Of a stretch of 64,000 bases of DNA, positions 1-12,975 are shown piece after piece (the first letter of the stretch is position 1; every line of letters starts with the position of its first letter). The notes under the pieces were generated by a model. It was given only the letters and a program-made list of their open reading frames with translations. It did no database searches and had not been told where the DNA came from. The stretch spans positions 62,001 to 126,000 of the forward strand of contig JAHBMJ010000532.1 of the NCBI GenBank assembly GCA_018398765.1. Direction: 5' to 3'. Made by a program: the position numbers and the translations under genes. This DNA is from Chromera velia. Taxonomy: Eukaryota.

Positions 1-293
1 GTCCAGCAGAAGGATATCCATGCATGAGGGGAAGTGGTGTGTTTCTCGATTTGCAAATGTCTCTCTGTACAAAAGAGAATGACTCAGGGCATGGAATGGG
101 TAGAGACTGCTGAGCATAAGCGAGATGAAGCTCTCTCTTGTTCTCTTCTGAACGAGAAGAAAGCAGCCCCCTCCAAACGAACGGTGCAGTATGTTGATTC
201 CGTTTGCTTGCTTGACCTTGTGGCACATCAGTCTCTTCCCCCTTCTTTCCCTAGCTCCCTCTGTCTCCAAGCACTCACTCACTCCCTGATGGA

Positions 294-1226
294 TCAGTAC
301 CCCCCTCCCAGATGAGGGGCCTGTCTGGAGTCGCCAGGGGGGGGACGGACCTGTGCTTGGCCGGGGCTTCTGACCTGAGCGGTGACACTGACGGAGTAGC
401 CCCCAGAGGGAGACGGCTGGAAGTACCCGCCTTCCTGTTGCTGCAACTGCACCGCACCGGCTGCCGGGGCCCCTCCCTGTGCGCTCTGCTGCCCAACAGC
501 GGTGTAGTGGTCCGCTCTGCCGGTGCCGGGGTACCCGAAGGGCTGCGTGGGCCCAGAGGAGGGGGGCGGGGCGGCAATCTGGCGGCTGTCCTGCGGTGCG
601 ATTCCCGAAGCTCCCCCCTGTACGGAGCTCATCAGGTTATGCTGTTTCTGTTGCTGCATGGCATTGCGTGCCCGTCCCCTGGAGACGTCCCTTATGGCCT
701 CCCTCTCCATCTGGAGGGACAGACCGGGATACTCAGAGACTAGAGGGGCAAACATAGCCTCAACTCTGTTGCCTGCATGGAGAGACGAACAGAATGGAGG
801 GAGGCATGGATGGTCTCAATGCCAGGAAGGATGCCAAAAGACCAAAGGACGAAAAAGGCAAAGGGTCACAGAGAAGCACGAAAAGAGCTGGAGGTGAAGG
901 CGACAGAAAAAGAAGACAATCAAATTGGGCTTTATCCGATACGCCCAAGGACACGAAAGAAAAGAGAGTGGCGCCATGCGGTGCATGACGAAGACGAAAT
1001 TCGGGAGAGCGTTGGTGAAAAAGAGTGGCTGGACACCCCCATCAGAATCTCGCATCAAGTCCATCAGCATGTGCAGGGAAAAGAAAGAGACCGAAAGCCA
1101 ATGATTGAAAACATCTCCAGAAGACAGTCAACTCTGGTACCTTGGCCCTTTCGCTTTCTCTATGAAGTGTTCCGAGCAAAATATTAAAGATTCATGCCGA
1201 AAGACCGTTCGGAAGGACAGAAACGA

Positions 1227-1257
<31 letters not shown>

Positions 1258-2315
1258 TACAGACAGACAGACAGATAGAGACATAAGAACCCACACGTCT
1301 CTTCCAGAAGATGGAGCAGTTGATCTTCCACGCGTTGCCGTTCCTCCCTCTCGGCCTGATTCAGTGGGGAGGGAAGAAAGGGGAGGGCGTGACGCACACG
1401 GGCGGGTCATGAGAGTGCACATTCGTGTGGCAACGACCAGCCAGACAACTTCGCTGGTCTTCGCATCCTGTCATGATCAAGAGCTCTCGTTCCCTTTCAT
1501 TCTTCATTCCTTAACACTCACACACACAGTCTTCAAAGACATTGCACAGGCAGGTAGCTTCTCTTCTGGTCCAGATGCACGATTGGAAACAAGCAGAGCG
1601 TCCCTCCCTTCTCTGACTGACTGACTGACTGACTGACTGACTGACGCACATTCAGCTCGGCCGTAATAGTCAGACAGAGCTCTTGAAGATTCCTGCAGGC
1701 AGGCAGGTACGGATTAGGGTGCGATCAGGCAGGATGGCAGACAGGGACTGGGACGTAGTAAAGGTAGGCTTGTCTGTAGAAAGGAAGAGAGAAATGCAGT
1801 GGGTCAAGGGCAAAGGAGAATGCAAACAGTTGGGCATCAAGGGGCACGAAAAGGAAAAAAGAAAACGGAGGGCGCACAGCAAAAGGGAAGAGAGGAGAGG
1901 AGAAAAGAGAGGAGAGGAGAGAACAGAAGGCCGACTTCATGGTGGTCCCCTCCTGGTGTTCGCGGATCTGCAGTCATCCATTCACGCATTCACTCATCCA
2001 ATCAGTAATGCACTCACTTACTCACCTTGACCTGCGTAGATAAATGAGGGAAGTAGGCAAAATGCTTGGGAAGGAGAAGAGAAGGACCCCTGAGCGGTGT
2101 GCTCTCTCGGGCAGTCTCTCTATCAGTCCACACAGAGAGCAGATCGAAAATTGTGAACGAAAACGACAGGCCGAGGGATCCCCTCTTTTTTCTCTTTCTC
2201 CCCCTGCCTTCACAAGGAGGTGCGAACAGCACATTGTAACGACCCCTCCGACCAAACCTCTCTCTCTCTCCCTCCCTCCCTCCCCATCTATCTGTCTATC
2301 TATTTATGTCTGCCA

Positions 2316-2360
<45 letters not shown>

Positions 2361-4965
2361 CTGCACACACACGGATACACACAGAGAGATCCACTACACC
2401 TACAGACCCTTCGCTCCTCGTCCAGACTCTCTCGCACCTTCGACAGCTCTGTAGACACTCAGGGAAACAAAAAGGCGAAACGAAAAAGCATATTTGAAGG
2501 ATCACCTTTCAGGCCGCCCAGAAAGCATCAAATCAAGTAAAAGGACAGTAAGACGGGGGCCCGATCCGACAGCCAGCACTTCAACGACGAACAGATCCAC
2601 CAAGAGAAAACCGAGGACATGCAGGCTTCACAAGAATGAGCCGGGATGCCACTTTGAAAAACTTCACTGCGACAAGAGATATGGCGAAGACCAGGCACAA
2701 GGAAGGCTCAAGATTCTGATTGTCTCCTTCAACAAACCCCCCGCTTACAACCAACCGTCCTCTATCGCCTCCTCCAGTTTGCCTCCCTTCTCGATCCTCG
2801 ACTCCTTCTCGTTCTCCACGGCCTCAAACAGACGCCTCACCTCTCCCCCCACAGTCGACAAGTGATCCTCCAAAGCCTCTCCACGAGCTGCAGACAAAAC
2901 GATACACAGACAGGTCCAGCAGAAAAGTGCAGAAGGGCCCTCAGTGTGTTGTTCAGAAAAGAAGGAAAAAAATTCGATCTTCAAAAAGAGCATCAACTCA
3001 AAAGCAAAGGTGACAAATGATCTTTACAGCGGCCTGCCCGCAGAGTAAGTGAAGAATAGTGCATTGTTGCTTTTGGTACGATTTTCAAAACCACAGGTTG
3101 GTGCACTCTTGCATGCACGCCAAAAATTGCTGACTGACCTGCTGCCTCCCTTCCCACCTCCTCCCTCACTCCATGGGCGAATTCGTTCATGGCTCGGTCA
3201 AGCTCTGCCTCTCCGTCCCTCCTTGCCTGCAGAGGGCAGAAAGCGGAAGAGAAGGAAAAATCAGCTGAAGAAGAGACAAAAGGAGAGGGAGAGAGAAATA
3301 GGGGGGGAGGGGAGAAAGACAGAGACAGAGACAGACGTATCACTTCTTTTTTCCCTTTTTTCCTTCGTTTTCCTTTTGAGACAGAGACAGATGGACAGAG
3401 AACCCTCCACGATGTCTTTCTATCGTCTGGAGGTACATTTTTTCAACCGAAGAGATCAGTCCTTTCTTTTGTGTCTGCCTCACTGCCCCCCTTCCTCCTT
3501 CCAACTATGGCGGGACAGACGCGGCACGAGCCTCATTGCTTCCCTGCCCCCCTGACTGACTGACTGACGCACGCTTCTGATTCCGTTGAGGTCTAGTTGG
3601 AAAGAGGATTCGAGGAGTTTGACCTCCTTCGCCCTCCTCTCCTCGAGGATCTCTCTGCCCAGCCGTTCCGTCTCCACACCCTCAATCAGCTTCCCGATCT
3701 GCTCCTGGGCAAGCTGCGAGGCTCCCTCCAGGGGGATAGAAGCGAGCAAAGGAGCGAAAGAAATTGCGAAGAAGTGAGAGAACAAAGGAAGAAGCGCAGC
3801 AAAGCTTGGCGAATCAGAGAACGATTGAGATAATGGTGTCTGTGTAAAAGAGAAAAAGGGGACAGCTGGACACAGAAGAAGCACGATTTCCCACGGGCTG
3901 CCTTGACTCAACGTGTGCGCTTCTTGCCAGGTGCGTAGAAACCGAAAGCGACATCCACAAGTTGACAAGAGGCGCTCTGGAAAAATCATCCACCGACTTT
4001 CGAGGCCGTTACTCTTCATCGCCTTCATACTCGTCAATCATTTCATGTTCACTGCCCAACCAAGAATTCGCGGTGAGCCGCACGCAGGTCAATCACGCCC
4101 CTCCCCCTGAGCGGCTGACCTTGAATTTTGTTTCCTCTGCCACCTGCATCCTGGACAGTCTCTCTTCCAGTCCCTTCACCTGGCACTCCAAGGAACTCTG
4201 CTGGGCTGTGCGTCTCTGCGTTTACTCAGAGAAAAGGGGGGAGCGGTGGCAAGAATGTGGACAAGCGACTGAAGCCTCGCTTTACGAGTCGCGAACAGGA
4301 AAAAGCCCGATACAAGAGGCAAGGAAAAAGAATGAAGGGTAAGTAGCAGGACAAAAGAAAAAAGTGTCGCTTCCCTGCTCGAACGGAGTGAGGCCGAAAA
4401 GCTACTGAAGAAGAGCCGAAGCAGAAAGGGTGCGAGAGGGAGAACGGGCGGGGGGATTCATATGAAAGGAGGGGTGCAGAATTTGCGGAGACGGGCATCG
4501 AAGAAAATGAAGAGTGAGATGGAATGAAAATGAGACGGGCAGGGTAGACGGCGACAAACAGAGAAACTGAGCAATATTGACGACAGAAGGAACGAGAAGA
4601 AAAAGCCAGGGCTGGAGTTTACGGGGGGAAACCCGAATAAGGAGAGGAAGTAGACGGCTATGACTCTCCCATTGACGAACCGCGGAGACGTCATTGATGG
4701 TTCCCTGGAGCCCATTCAACATATCGGCGAGACTCTGCATTCAAATCAGGCGAGGCGACAGGCACACAACATAGTCATGTGCGTGAGAAGGTGTGGCACA
4801 GACAGATTTGATGGTGCAGACTGATGGCCAAGTGAGGAGAAGGAAGCCTAAGCTTTGGGAGGAAACCTTGAGCGGAACAAAGCATTCAGCAGAGAGAAGC
4901 TGAAAGAGAGAGTCAATTGACTGACCCGAATCCGCTGCGAATTCGGAGAAGCCGGTCGGGCTGCA
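294..4965 (-). CDS. Multi-exon coiled-coil protein of unknown function with Gln/Gly/Pro-rich C-terminus (5' end uncertain)
   Basis: Short GT-AG-bounded segments encode heptad-like peptides (LEGASQLAQEQIGKLIEGVETERLGREILEERRAKEV ~3571-3730; ARGEALEDHLSTVGGEVRRLFEAVENEKESRIE ~2750-2888; AEREERQRVEDQLLHLLEET ~1295-1355). The last exon is ORF 294..755. Confidence 0.6.
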
Positions 4966-5657
4966 CAGAGGAGAAAGGGCAATTGGTAGGACATTTATCT
5001 AGAGCCAAGGGAGAGGAGAGAGCAAAGGGCAGAAAGGGACACCAATCGGTTCGTGAGGTCCTCACCCTGCTGAAAAGACATCGTGCGTGGACGGTTCTCT
5101 GCACACGTAAGACAGAGGGGACTGCGCTGGTGGCGTTGCGCCCTCTTTGCACAAGAAGTGAGTGCGGCAAACACCCAATTCCTACGTGGAGGCCTTGCAG
5201 CTCAGAAAAAGATGATCAGGGGGTCGGAAGTTTAACTGGGTCACTATCGCAAGGGCCTCTGCAGTACTGAAGAAATTGAGAAGACGCAAAAAAACATACC
5301 AGACTAGGGGACGAAGTGCACTTAGAATAATGGAGGTGAGTCACTGGAGGACGTGGAGACCAATCCGGCCGTTTCGTATGCAGTACCGTTACTTTTTTTT
5401 TTGAATAGTAAAGCGTTTCTATATGTCACACGGTCACCGGAAACACACAAGAATCGCCACAAGATACAAGTGAGAAGAGTTGGGGGGAAAACCATACATC
5501 CGCGCCGCGCCAGGGCCTGTGGCGGCCCGGCGGCCCGGCGACCCGGCCGCCCGGCGGCGGGTTCAATGTACAAGCACTGAGCTTAAGCATCTCCCAGTGG
5601 TTGTTTAAGTACGTGAAAGTTAGTGAAAGTACGTGGTTTAGTCTGAGAAGTTTAGAA

Positions 5658-6176
5658 TCCGCGCATCTCGGGAAAATGAACGTTTTTGATAGTTTTTGAT
5701 GCCCCTTTGACACTCCAGTCTGTCTTGAAATGGATTTTTTCATGCTGGCCACGCTTGCGGCGCGGTTCTTTCAAGACTATCTACGCCTTCCACAAAAAAT
5801 TTCAAGTATACTTTATTTTGGCCGCACCTTCGGCGCGCTACCTTCAAGTTAAACCACGTCTGCGGTGCAGACGTTTCAAGTCTGGCTGCGCCTACGGCGC
5901 GGCGTTTCAAGTTTATTGGAGTGTCAGAGGGGTTGTTTTTAATTATTATGGATCTCTTTTTGTCTTCTCTTTCTGTCTGAGCCCGTTTTCTGTTTTAAAT
6001 TATCACTCCCTTTGTCACTTCACATTTTTTCTTCAGTTAGTCAATTAATTAAAACAAAAAGAAACAACCCATAAAAAGAGTCTGGGGACGCAGCATGTAT
6101 GAAAAAACCCTCAATCATCTGAAGAGAGAGGGTTTTGCTATCTTTCCCCTCCGCGCATCTCGGGAAAATGAACGTT
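5658..6176. repeat. 27-bp perfect direct repeat (TCCGCGCATCTCGGGAAAATGAACGTT at 5658-5684 and 6150-6176) bracketing an array of GC hairpins
   Basis: Identical 27-mers read directly from the sequence. Confidence 0.85.
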
Positions 6177-6352
6177 CTTGTTAAAGAACTTTCTATGAAA
6201 AATATAAATTAAATTTCTCTATTTTCTTACCTTTTCTCAGTCGTTTCAATCTATCTTTTTAAATTATTCTTTCTTTTTCGTGTGTTTTAGCTATAAACGT
6301 TACTGAATTTCCTAGAATTTCCACTATTGCCTTAGCTATTACCCCTCTGCCA

Positions 6353-7172
6353 CAGAGTTGTTAAGTCCCGACAAACCTAAGTACCGAAATCCGATACCGA
6401 CCCCCCGATCCAAAATTTTTCGGTACTTTCGGTACGTTTTCAACACTTTCGGTACTGGCTTTTTTACTCATTCTAAACAGGTTTTTAGAACTCTTTACAG
6501 ACTGTTTATATGCCGTTAGGACACTGGAATTGTCCATTGTTCATTCATGCTTATTCCGTGTGTGTATGTTTTATTCATGCGTCAGATCGCACGAGGGAGA
6601 AAGTGCAAGAAGCAAAGAAGCAGCGAGGATGAGCCTTCTTTCCTGCTTTTTCCGTGTGTGTATGTTTTATTCATGCGTCAGATCGCATGAGGGAGGGAGT
6701 CTGCGTGTGTCACCAGCCTCTGTGCAAGTCAGTGTATCGTATCCGACTCGGCATGATCCGAGTCCATTGTCCGGCCAACCGATTCTAACGTAGCGATACA
6801 TCTGTTACCATGTATTGCCATGCAGCATGCATCGATCTGATTTGATGAGCCTCAAGAACATACATCCTCGATTCATGCAAGCAAACAGTTCTACATATGG
6901 GTTTTATGCCTCAATCCATAGACCGTTCTAGAAGACAGAAGTTGCAAAACAATCAAAAAAGCTAAAAAAGACTTTCTTAATTTTAATTTATCATTGTATT
7001 TTGTTTATTTTGTTTTATGAAGTGTGTTTAAATAATATTGTAACATCAGACTACATGTGATTTTTAAGTTTGAGAGTCATTTAGGTCAGTACTGAAAGAT
7101 TTGATCCGAAATCCGATACCGACCCCCTCTCTGGTACCGAGGTACCAAAAGTACCGAGACTTAATAACACTG
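6353..7172. mobile_element. Non-autonomous hAT-superfamily DNA transposon (820 bp)
   Basis: 8-bp TSD CTCTGCCA (6345-6352, 7173-7180); 18-bp TIRs CAGAGTTGTTAAGTCCCG / CAGTGTTATTAAGTCTCG (15/18); subterminal CCGAAATCCGATACCGACCCC and GGTAC repeats; no transposase ORF. Confidence 0.9.
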
Positions 7173-7673
7173 CTCTGCCAGATGTAGCCAGATGATAGCC
7201 AGATGATGTCAGACCAAAAATAAAAAATCATTTAGATGAAGAAAAGAGGATGTTACGTATACTTTTTATTCAATTGTAAACTGTTTATGGCACACGCTAG
7301 ACCTGTACAGGCCGGCCGGCGAGGTCTGATGCGTCTAGGCGCTTTCCTTGGAAGCTGCACATCGGATCGACATTCAGCATTGGGGCGGGAAGCTAATCCT
7401 CCGGACATATTAAATTTTTCTAATCCTAGTCCTGATCCTAGAACTTAATTACTTCACTGTATGTAAGTCGGTTCCAGTGGTTTAAACTTAAAGGATATTA
7501 ACTTAACTTAGTAACTTGAAGGTTCAAAAAAATGATAAATATCAGTAAATATAAGTTTACATACTAGATTTCAGTAAACATGATAGAATAGCCCAATAGT
7601 ATGAAGTTACTATGAATAGTATTGACAGTCGATTATCAAAGCTTAGGGGAAATTCAGGGATTAATATTCTAAT

Positions 7674-7724
7674 ACATAGCGGGAAGGCCCTAGGGCGGAA
7701 CATATCAATCAATCAATCAATCAA
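7674..7724 (+). mobile_element. Retroposon-like 3' end with (ATCA)n tail, copy 1
   Basis: ACATAGCGGGAAGGCCCTAGGGCGGAACAT followed by (ATCA)n; near-identical to 16414-16478. Confidence 0.6.
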
Positions 7725-8352
7725 CATAATGTTCTCATAATAATATAATTCAACTAAATATTCAACCTTTATTAAAGCCAATAGCTATTTTAAATAAAAG
7801 ATCATCTTTAAAAAAAAAATGTATATGTGGGGCTAGATGTGGTGCACATGCTAATCTCAGGAGATATTAGTAGACAACTTGCCTTATGCACTGCTGAGAC
7901 TGCTCAATATCAGGTGCCACCGTAAACAGCGAAAGAAAATCATGTTTCTTTTGTTTCCGCTCTGAAGTCTGGAGTCTGGACTGCTGTTCTGTCGTTTCAA
8001 AGAGAGCAGCAATCCTTCTTTGGAAGCCTGCGGAAGCGTTCGACACATTCTCTCTACTGTGAAAATTGAAATGCAGTGTGAATCAATCCACCCGGTCTCC
8101 ACTGAGGGACTGACCACAGTAGACCACAGTGACCAGAGAGGTCTTGAGCGATGGAGAATGGAGCTTGCTGGAGCTGTGGATCAGAGAGGGCTCTGAGAGC
8201 TGCAGGACCAGAGCACTCAAGATGCCTTTCGGTCAACGAAGAGGAACTCATGAAGGGGAAGCTCCCTTTCCCTCTCCCCCTATCCACACGCACCCTCACA
8301 GCTCGGTCGTTCGGTCACTGTGCGTTCAACCTGCCCCACAGTCTCTTCCTCG

Positions 8353-10477
8353 TCAGAAGCCTGAGTGAGCTCCTACTTGAGCTTCTGGCCCCTCCTGGGA
8401 AACCTTTTCAAACTCGTCACACGCGTTGCTTTGTGATTCAATTTGAGCAGCTCCGGAGGGACGGCCGCTGCCTTGTTCAGGAATGACCGGACCCCCATGC
8501 AAACCCTCACCGTGCCCTCCCGAACTGCCCGCATCCGGACCCCTCTGTCTCCCCTCCGTCAACAGACTTCCCTTATTCACACCTGCAGCAGAGGACGGAC
8601 AGAGCCCTGCCAGAGGAATCTCGAGAACACCCGAGGAACCTTCCGGCCGCCCGGGGACCGTCACGCTAGGCTGAGAAGAGGCCGAGATGGCTGGAAGAGA
8701 GGAGGAGGAAGCAGAGGGGACCTCAGGAGGAGGTGTTTTCTGAAAAGGCAGAGTCGAGTCGGAGATTTGTAGTGGGGGGACAGGGGAACGGCCTCGGAGG
8801 GCTGTTTGCTCAAGATTTGTGGGGGGGTGACTGATGAGACATTCTGTGTCCGACTCGGGCTGTGATTGAACTTCACGTGCGTCAGGGGTCCTGCTGAGGA
8901 TTCCGGCGGAAGTCCGTTCTTTCACCCCTGTCAGTGCGTGTTCACGGGGACGGGGGGAGCTCAGAACGGAAGGCGGGCACTGACGAGTGTTGTTGCTGAT
9001 CATCTCCGTCCTAGTCTCCGTCCTCGCCTCCGTTGCCGAAAGGCTCAGGACAGGTCGTGTGGTTTGGCGTTTTCTCCTCTCGGGTACTCGACAAATTGTG
9101 TTGGAGGCAGAAGGATCTTCACGAGGAGACAAGGGGGGAGTAGAGGGTATAGGAGACGGGAGCGACGGCGTGGTGGAAGAGGGTCTGTTTTTCGGGGGCG
9201 CTCGGTTGGGGGGAGACGGCGTTTGAGGGGAAGAAGATTTGGGGGGGGGGATGGGACGCTCAGGGGGTCTCTCCGGCACAGATAGAGACAGACTCTGCTG
9301 AGTCAGATTCTTTGGAATGCTCGTCCTGTGAATGTGAGTGAGGTCGGGAACGTCTCTGTTGAACCGTCGGAAAAAGGACGAAAGACTGTTTCTCTCCCGT
9401 TGGGCCACCCGTGATGAAGCAGCAGCAATCCGCGTCTCACCCCCACCTCTTCGCACATCTGTGCGAGACGATGAGGGGGCATTGTCGGCAGCAGGGGAAG
9501 CACCAACTCTTCCGCCACGTGCACCTTCTCCCACCCTCCTCTCACCGCCCCCTCGCACATCTGTGCGAGACGATGAGGGGGCATTGTCGGCAGCAGGGGA
9601 AGCACCAACTCTTCCGCCACGTCTACCTGCTCCCACCCTCCTCTCACCGCCCCCTCGCACATCTGTGCGAGACGATGAGGGGGCATTGTCGGCAGCAGGG
9701 GAAGCACCAACTCTTCCGCCACGTCTACCTGCTCCCACCCTCCTCTCCCCCCCAACCCCCCTTCGCACTATGAAAGATTCAGCGGGGGATCTTCGCAATG
9801 TGAGAGACGACGAGGGGGCATTGTCGGCAGCAGGGGAAGCACCAACTCTTCCGCCACGTCTACCTGCTCCCACTCCCCTCTGTTCACGATGATCTACATC
9901 GGCACGTAGAGGTGGTACTCCAGAAAAGGGAATCCTGCGAACTTGTAGTAGTCCAGAATAGCGATCGCGCATCCTTTCGATGATCATCCCAGAATAGCGA
10001 AGGCCGATGATCATCCCCAAAGAGCGAAGGCGCGTATTGGACTCATCTTCGGTGGGTTCGATTTGATCGACAACGCTCTGATTCAAAATACGGGAGTTTC
10101 GGAGATCGCCGTAGATGCCAGGGAAAGTCTGTCTGCAGATGGGGCAGGACTCGTTCTTCCCTAACCATTTTGCGATGCAGACCGTGTGCCAGAAGTGGTT
10201 GCAGGGAAGCACGAGAACCTGCAGCGCAGTACCCACTCACAAAATGAACCAGACAGCCTATCAGATGCAGACAGGCGAAACGCCATCACCGTTAAGTCAG
10301 TCACTTGGTAGCGAGCTCTCAAGCGATCCACAAAGAGGAAGTCAGTCGGAAAGTCAACCAGAGATTGCATGCAGGGGCAAGCAAACGGAGAGTCCTCGAT
10401 CAGCGCTGCATGCATGGACTGACCTTGTCCATTGATCTATAATCCTCTTGACAGATGTTGCAGGACTGCAGGCAAAG

Positions 10478-10540
<63 letters not shown>

Positions 10541-12975
10541 GGAGAGACGGAGAAAGAAAGAGAGGTGGAGAACGTTCAAGATAGACTGATAGTGTGGGTG
10601 GATCTTTTCACCAAAAAGAGAAAGACAGCTGGCGGCGGAGTGAATGAACCCTTACAGATGAAATTCAATCAATGTGTGGAGGGAGATTCATTCATTCATT
10701 CATTGAAGTCCAAAACCAAACGTTTGTTCCGACAAATACTTCCCTCCCAAAAATGAGCAAGCCCGACCTCTCGAATCCAAACAAACACGCCGCTGAGTGT
10801 CTTGACTCGCTTGCAGTCTATCATGGGAGGGCTCGACTCAACACTAGGCTTGCCGTGTATCATGGGAGGGCTCGACTCAACACTAAGCTTGCCGTCTATC
10901 ATGGGAGGGCTCGACTCAACACTAGGCCACGCCCTCACACCCACACACGCCGATTGACCCACGCAAAGGAAGGCATGCATGCCCTGACTGACTGACTGAC
11001 TGACCGTCTCAGGAGTATCCGATCTTGCCGTCTGTGGGTAGGACAGGATCAGGCAGCACAGCTCCCTCCGAGCATCTGGATATGAGGAGAAAACTCCTGC
11101 TGAAAGGCGTCGCACCCGATACCAGGGTATCGCAAGAGTGTGTCTACTCCCCTCTCTCTCCAGCCCCCGAGCTCTCAACCGTTCCCTCTCGACCCTGCTG
11201 ATGCTGTTGCTTTGTTCACTATCCCCCCTTTCTGATAGCCCTCCACTTGCTGGTGGGTATATGTGCCCCCTCAGAGAAAGAGGGGTCCCTGGCGAGGCTT
11301 CGTGCCTGCACCGGTCCTCCCCGGAGCCCGAACTGGCTCTCTCGTCCTCCACGCCACTCGCGCTCCCAATCTCACTCCCCCCTGATGATCCTGCTTCCCT
11401 CTCTCTCCCTCTTGTCTCCATTCCATCTCGAACTTCCCCTAGTGCTTCCATCCCCCTCCCTTCTCTCCCTCCTGTCTCCACTCCATCTCGAACTTCCCCT
11501 AGTGCTTCCACCCCCCTCCCTTCTCTCCCTCCTGTCTCCACTCCATCTCGAACTTCCCCCAGTGCTTCCCCCTCCCTCCCTCCTGTCTCCACTCCATCTC
11601 GAACTCCCCCCAGTGCTTCCCCCTCTCTCCCTCCGGTCTCCACTTCTTGAAGTTCTGGAGAGGATCCTTGGAGCGAGTTGGGGGAAGGGAATCGCACGAT
11701 CATCTCAAAGGACGGGCGCTCAACTGGAAACCTGGGCGTCCTTCCTCCGTTTTCTCTCTTCAACAATTCCATCTCGCTTACCGGCACCTCACGCCAATCA
11801 TGGTACCACCTTCGCCTCTCCTCTACCACAACGCCCTCCACACCTCCCCCGAAAAGGACACGCCGTCCCTCCACAGAAGCGGAGGCACCCGATTGATGAT
11901 CTTCACTGCTCGCCTCCTCTAGAGAACGAGACGGATCGTCGCGCCCCTCCCCTTCGACCCGTACCGCTGATGGGCCCTCTTTGGAGGAGGAGGAGGAAGG
12001 ACACGCAGGGCAACGCATTCCTGCAACAGGCACAAACAGGTGCACGCATGCGGACGTGCATAGGAAATCAAGGGAAAAGACCGAATCCCCCTTCATACTC
12101 AAATCCACATATAGGTCTAGTCGTGCAATGTCGTTTATCTCCGACTGCGGAGCTTCCCTGCGAAGTTCGTTCTTGGCCTTCATTCATGACCTTGCAGGTG
12201 AGCTGCAGCTCTGTTGCGCGGCACTGGTGAGACGGTCGCCCTCGAAAGATCAGAAAGAAGAGCGAGGAGAAAATTCTTCTTGGAAGAGCGAAGACGATCA
12301 CGTACAAGAAAGAACACAAAAGAGAGGCAGGCGATAATGCGACTGAGGTCGAGATGGACCATTGGCAGTTATTGAAAGAGATGGGAGTTGCAAGATGCAC
12401 CAGCACGGGATTTCGATCACGAGCAGGCACAAATCCAGAAGGACACCTCAAAGGCCCATCGGCCAGATCAATACATGCAAGGGTGTTCAGTCTGCCTCGA
12501 TCGATGAACATCGTCACACACCTAGCTGTCTCCCTGGAAATCCAGGAAGGACTCACCATTGCTGGAAGAATCAAGATGTGTCTGGCAACTCTGGCATCTG
12601 AACGTCGGAGATTCCTGCCCGCTCGGCCTCATCTTTCGCCTGTCCCCCCTTGCTGCCCCACAAAACAAAGAGTGAGAGGGCAACTCTCAGGTGAAGGAAG
12701 GCTCTTACCGAGGTGCAGTTACGGTGATCGCACCGCTTTTCTTGTCTCCGCACTCCAAACCAGCCCTGCAACTTCCAGGGTGTGTACGAAGGCAGAATCA
12801 GGGGGCTCAGCAGTCTGAGTGGGCCCGCAGTGGAACTGCAAGAAAGACTAATAGCCGAACACGCTTGAAGAAGAAGAAGCGAAAAAGCAGTGACTACTCC
12901 ATGTGCAATCAACAGCAAGGAAAACGTCCGGCACACATGACCCCAAACACAGAAGCAAAGTAAGCAGGTTTGCAT
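8353..12975 (-). CDS. RING-H2 (C3H2C3) E3 ubiquitin ligase-like protein with long low-complexity regions (start uncertain)
   Basis: Splicing the exon ending 11005, a 42-nt exon 10465-10424 and the exon from 10218 gives SCNICQEDYRSMDKVLVLPCNHFWHTVCIAKWLGKNESCPICR, a canonical RING-H2. Confidence 0.8.
9446..9875 (-). repeat. Coding tandem repeat, ~102 bp (34 aa, RRVGAGRRGGRVGASPAADNAPSSSRTDVRGGGE), about 4 copies
   Basis: Visible in the DNA and in ORF 8353..10236. Confidence 0.9.
10810..10926. repeat. Intronic 39-bp tandem repeat x3
   Basis: CTTGCCGTCTATCATGGGAGGGCTCGACTCAACACTA(A/G)G, three abutting copies. Confidence 0.9.
11395..11645 (-). repeat. Coding tandem repeat, 51-60 bp (GVETGGREG(RGV)EALGEVRD), 4-5 copies
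   Basis: Visible in ORF 10696..12183. Confidence 0.9.

Noticed and set aside
10161..10415. Atypical CPC-type first RING ligand pair (ACPCMQ)
   Set aside because: A canonical CNIC micro-exon at 10465-10424 with good splice sites explains the domain; this segment is intronic.
10810..10926. 39-bp repeats as a CRISPR array
   Set aside because: Copies abut with no spacers; eukaryotic intron context; no cas genes.
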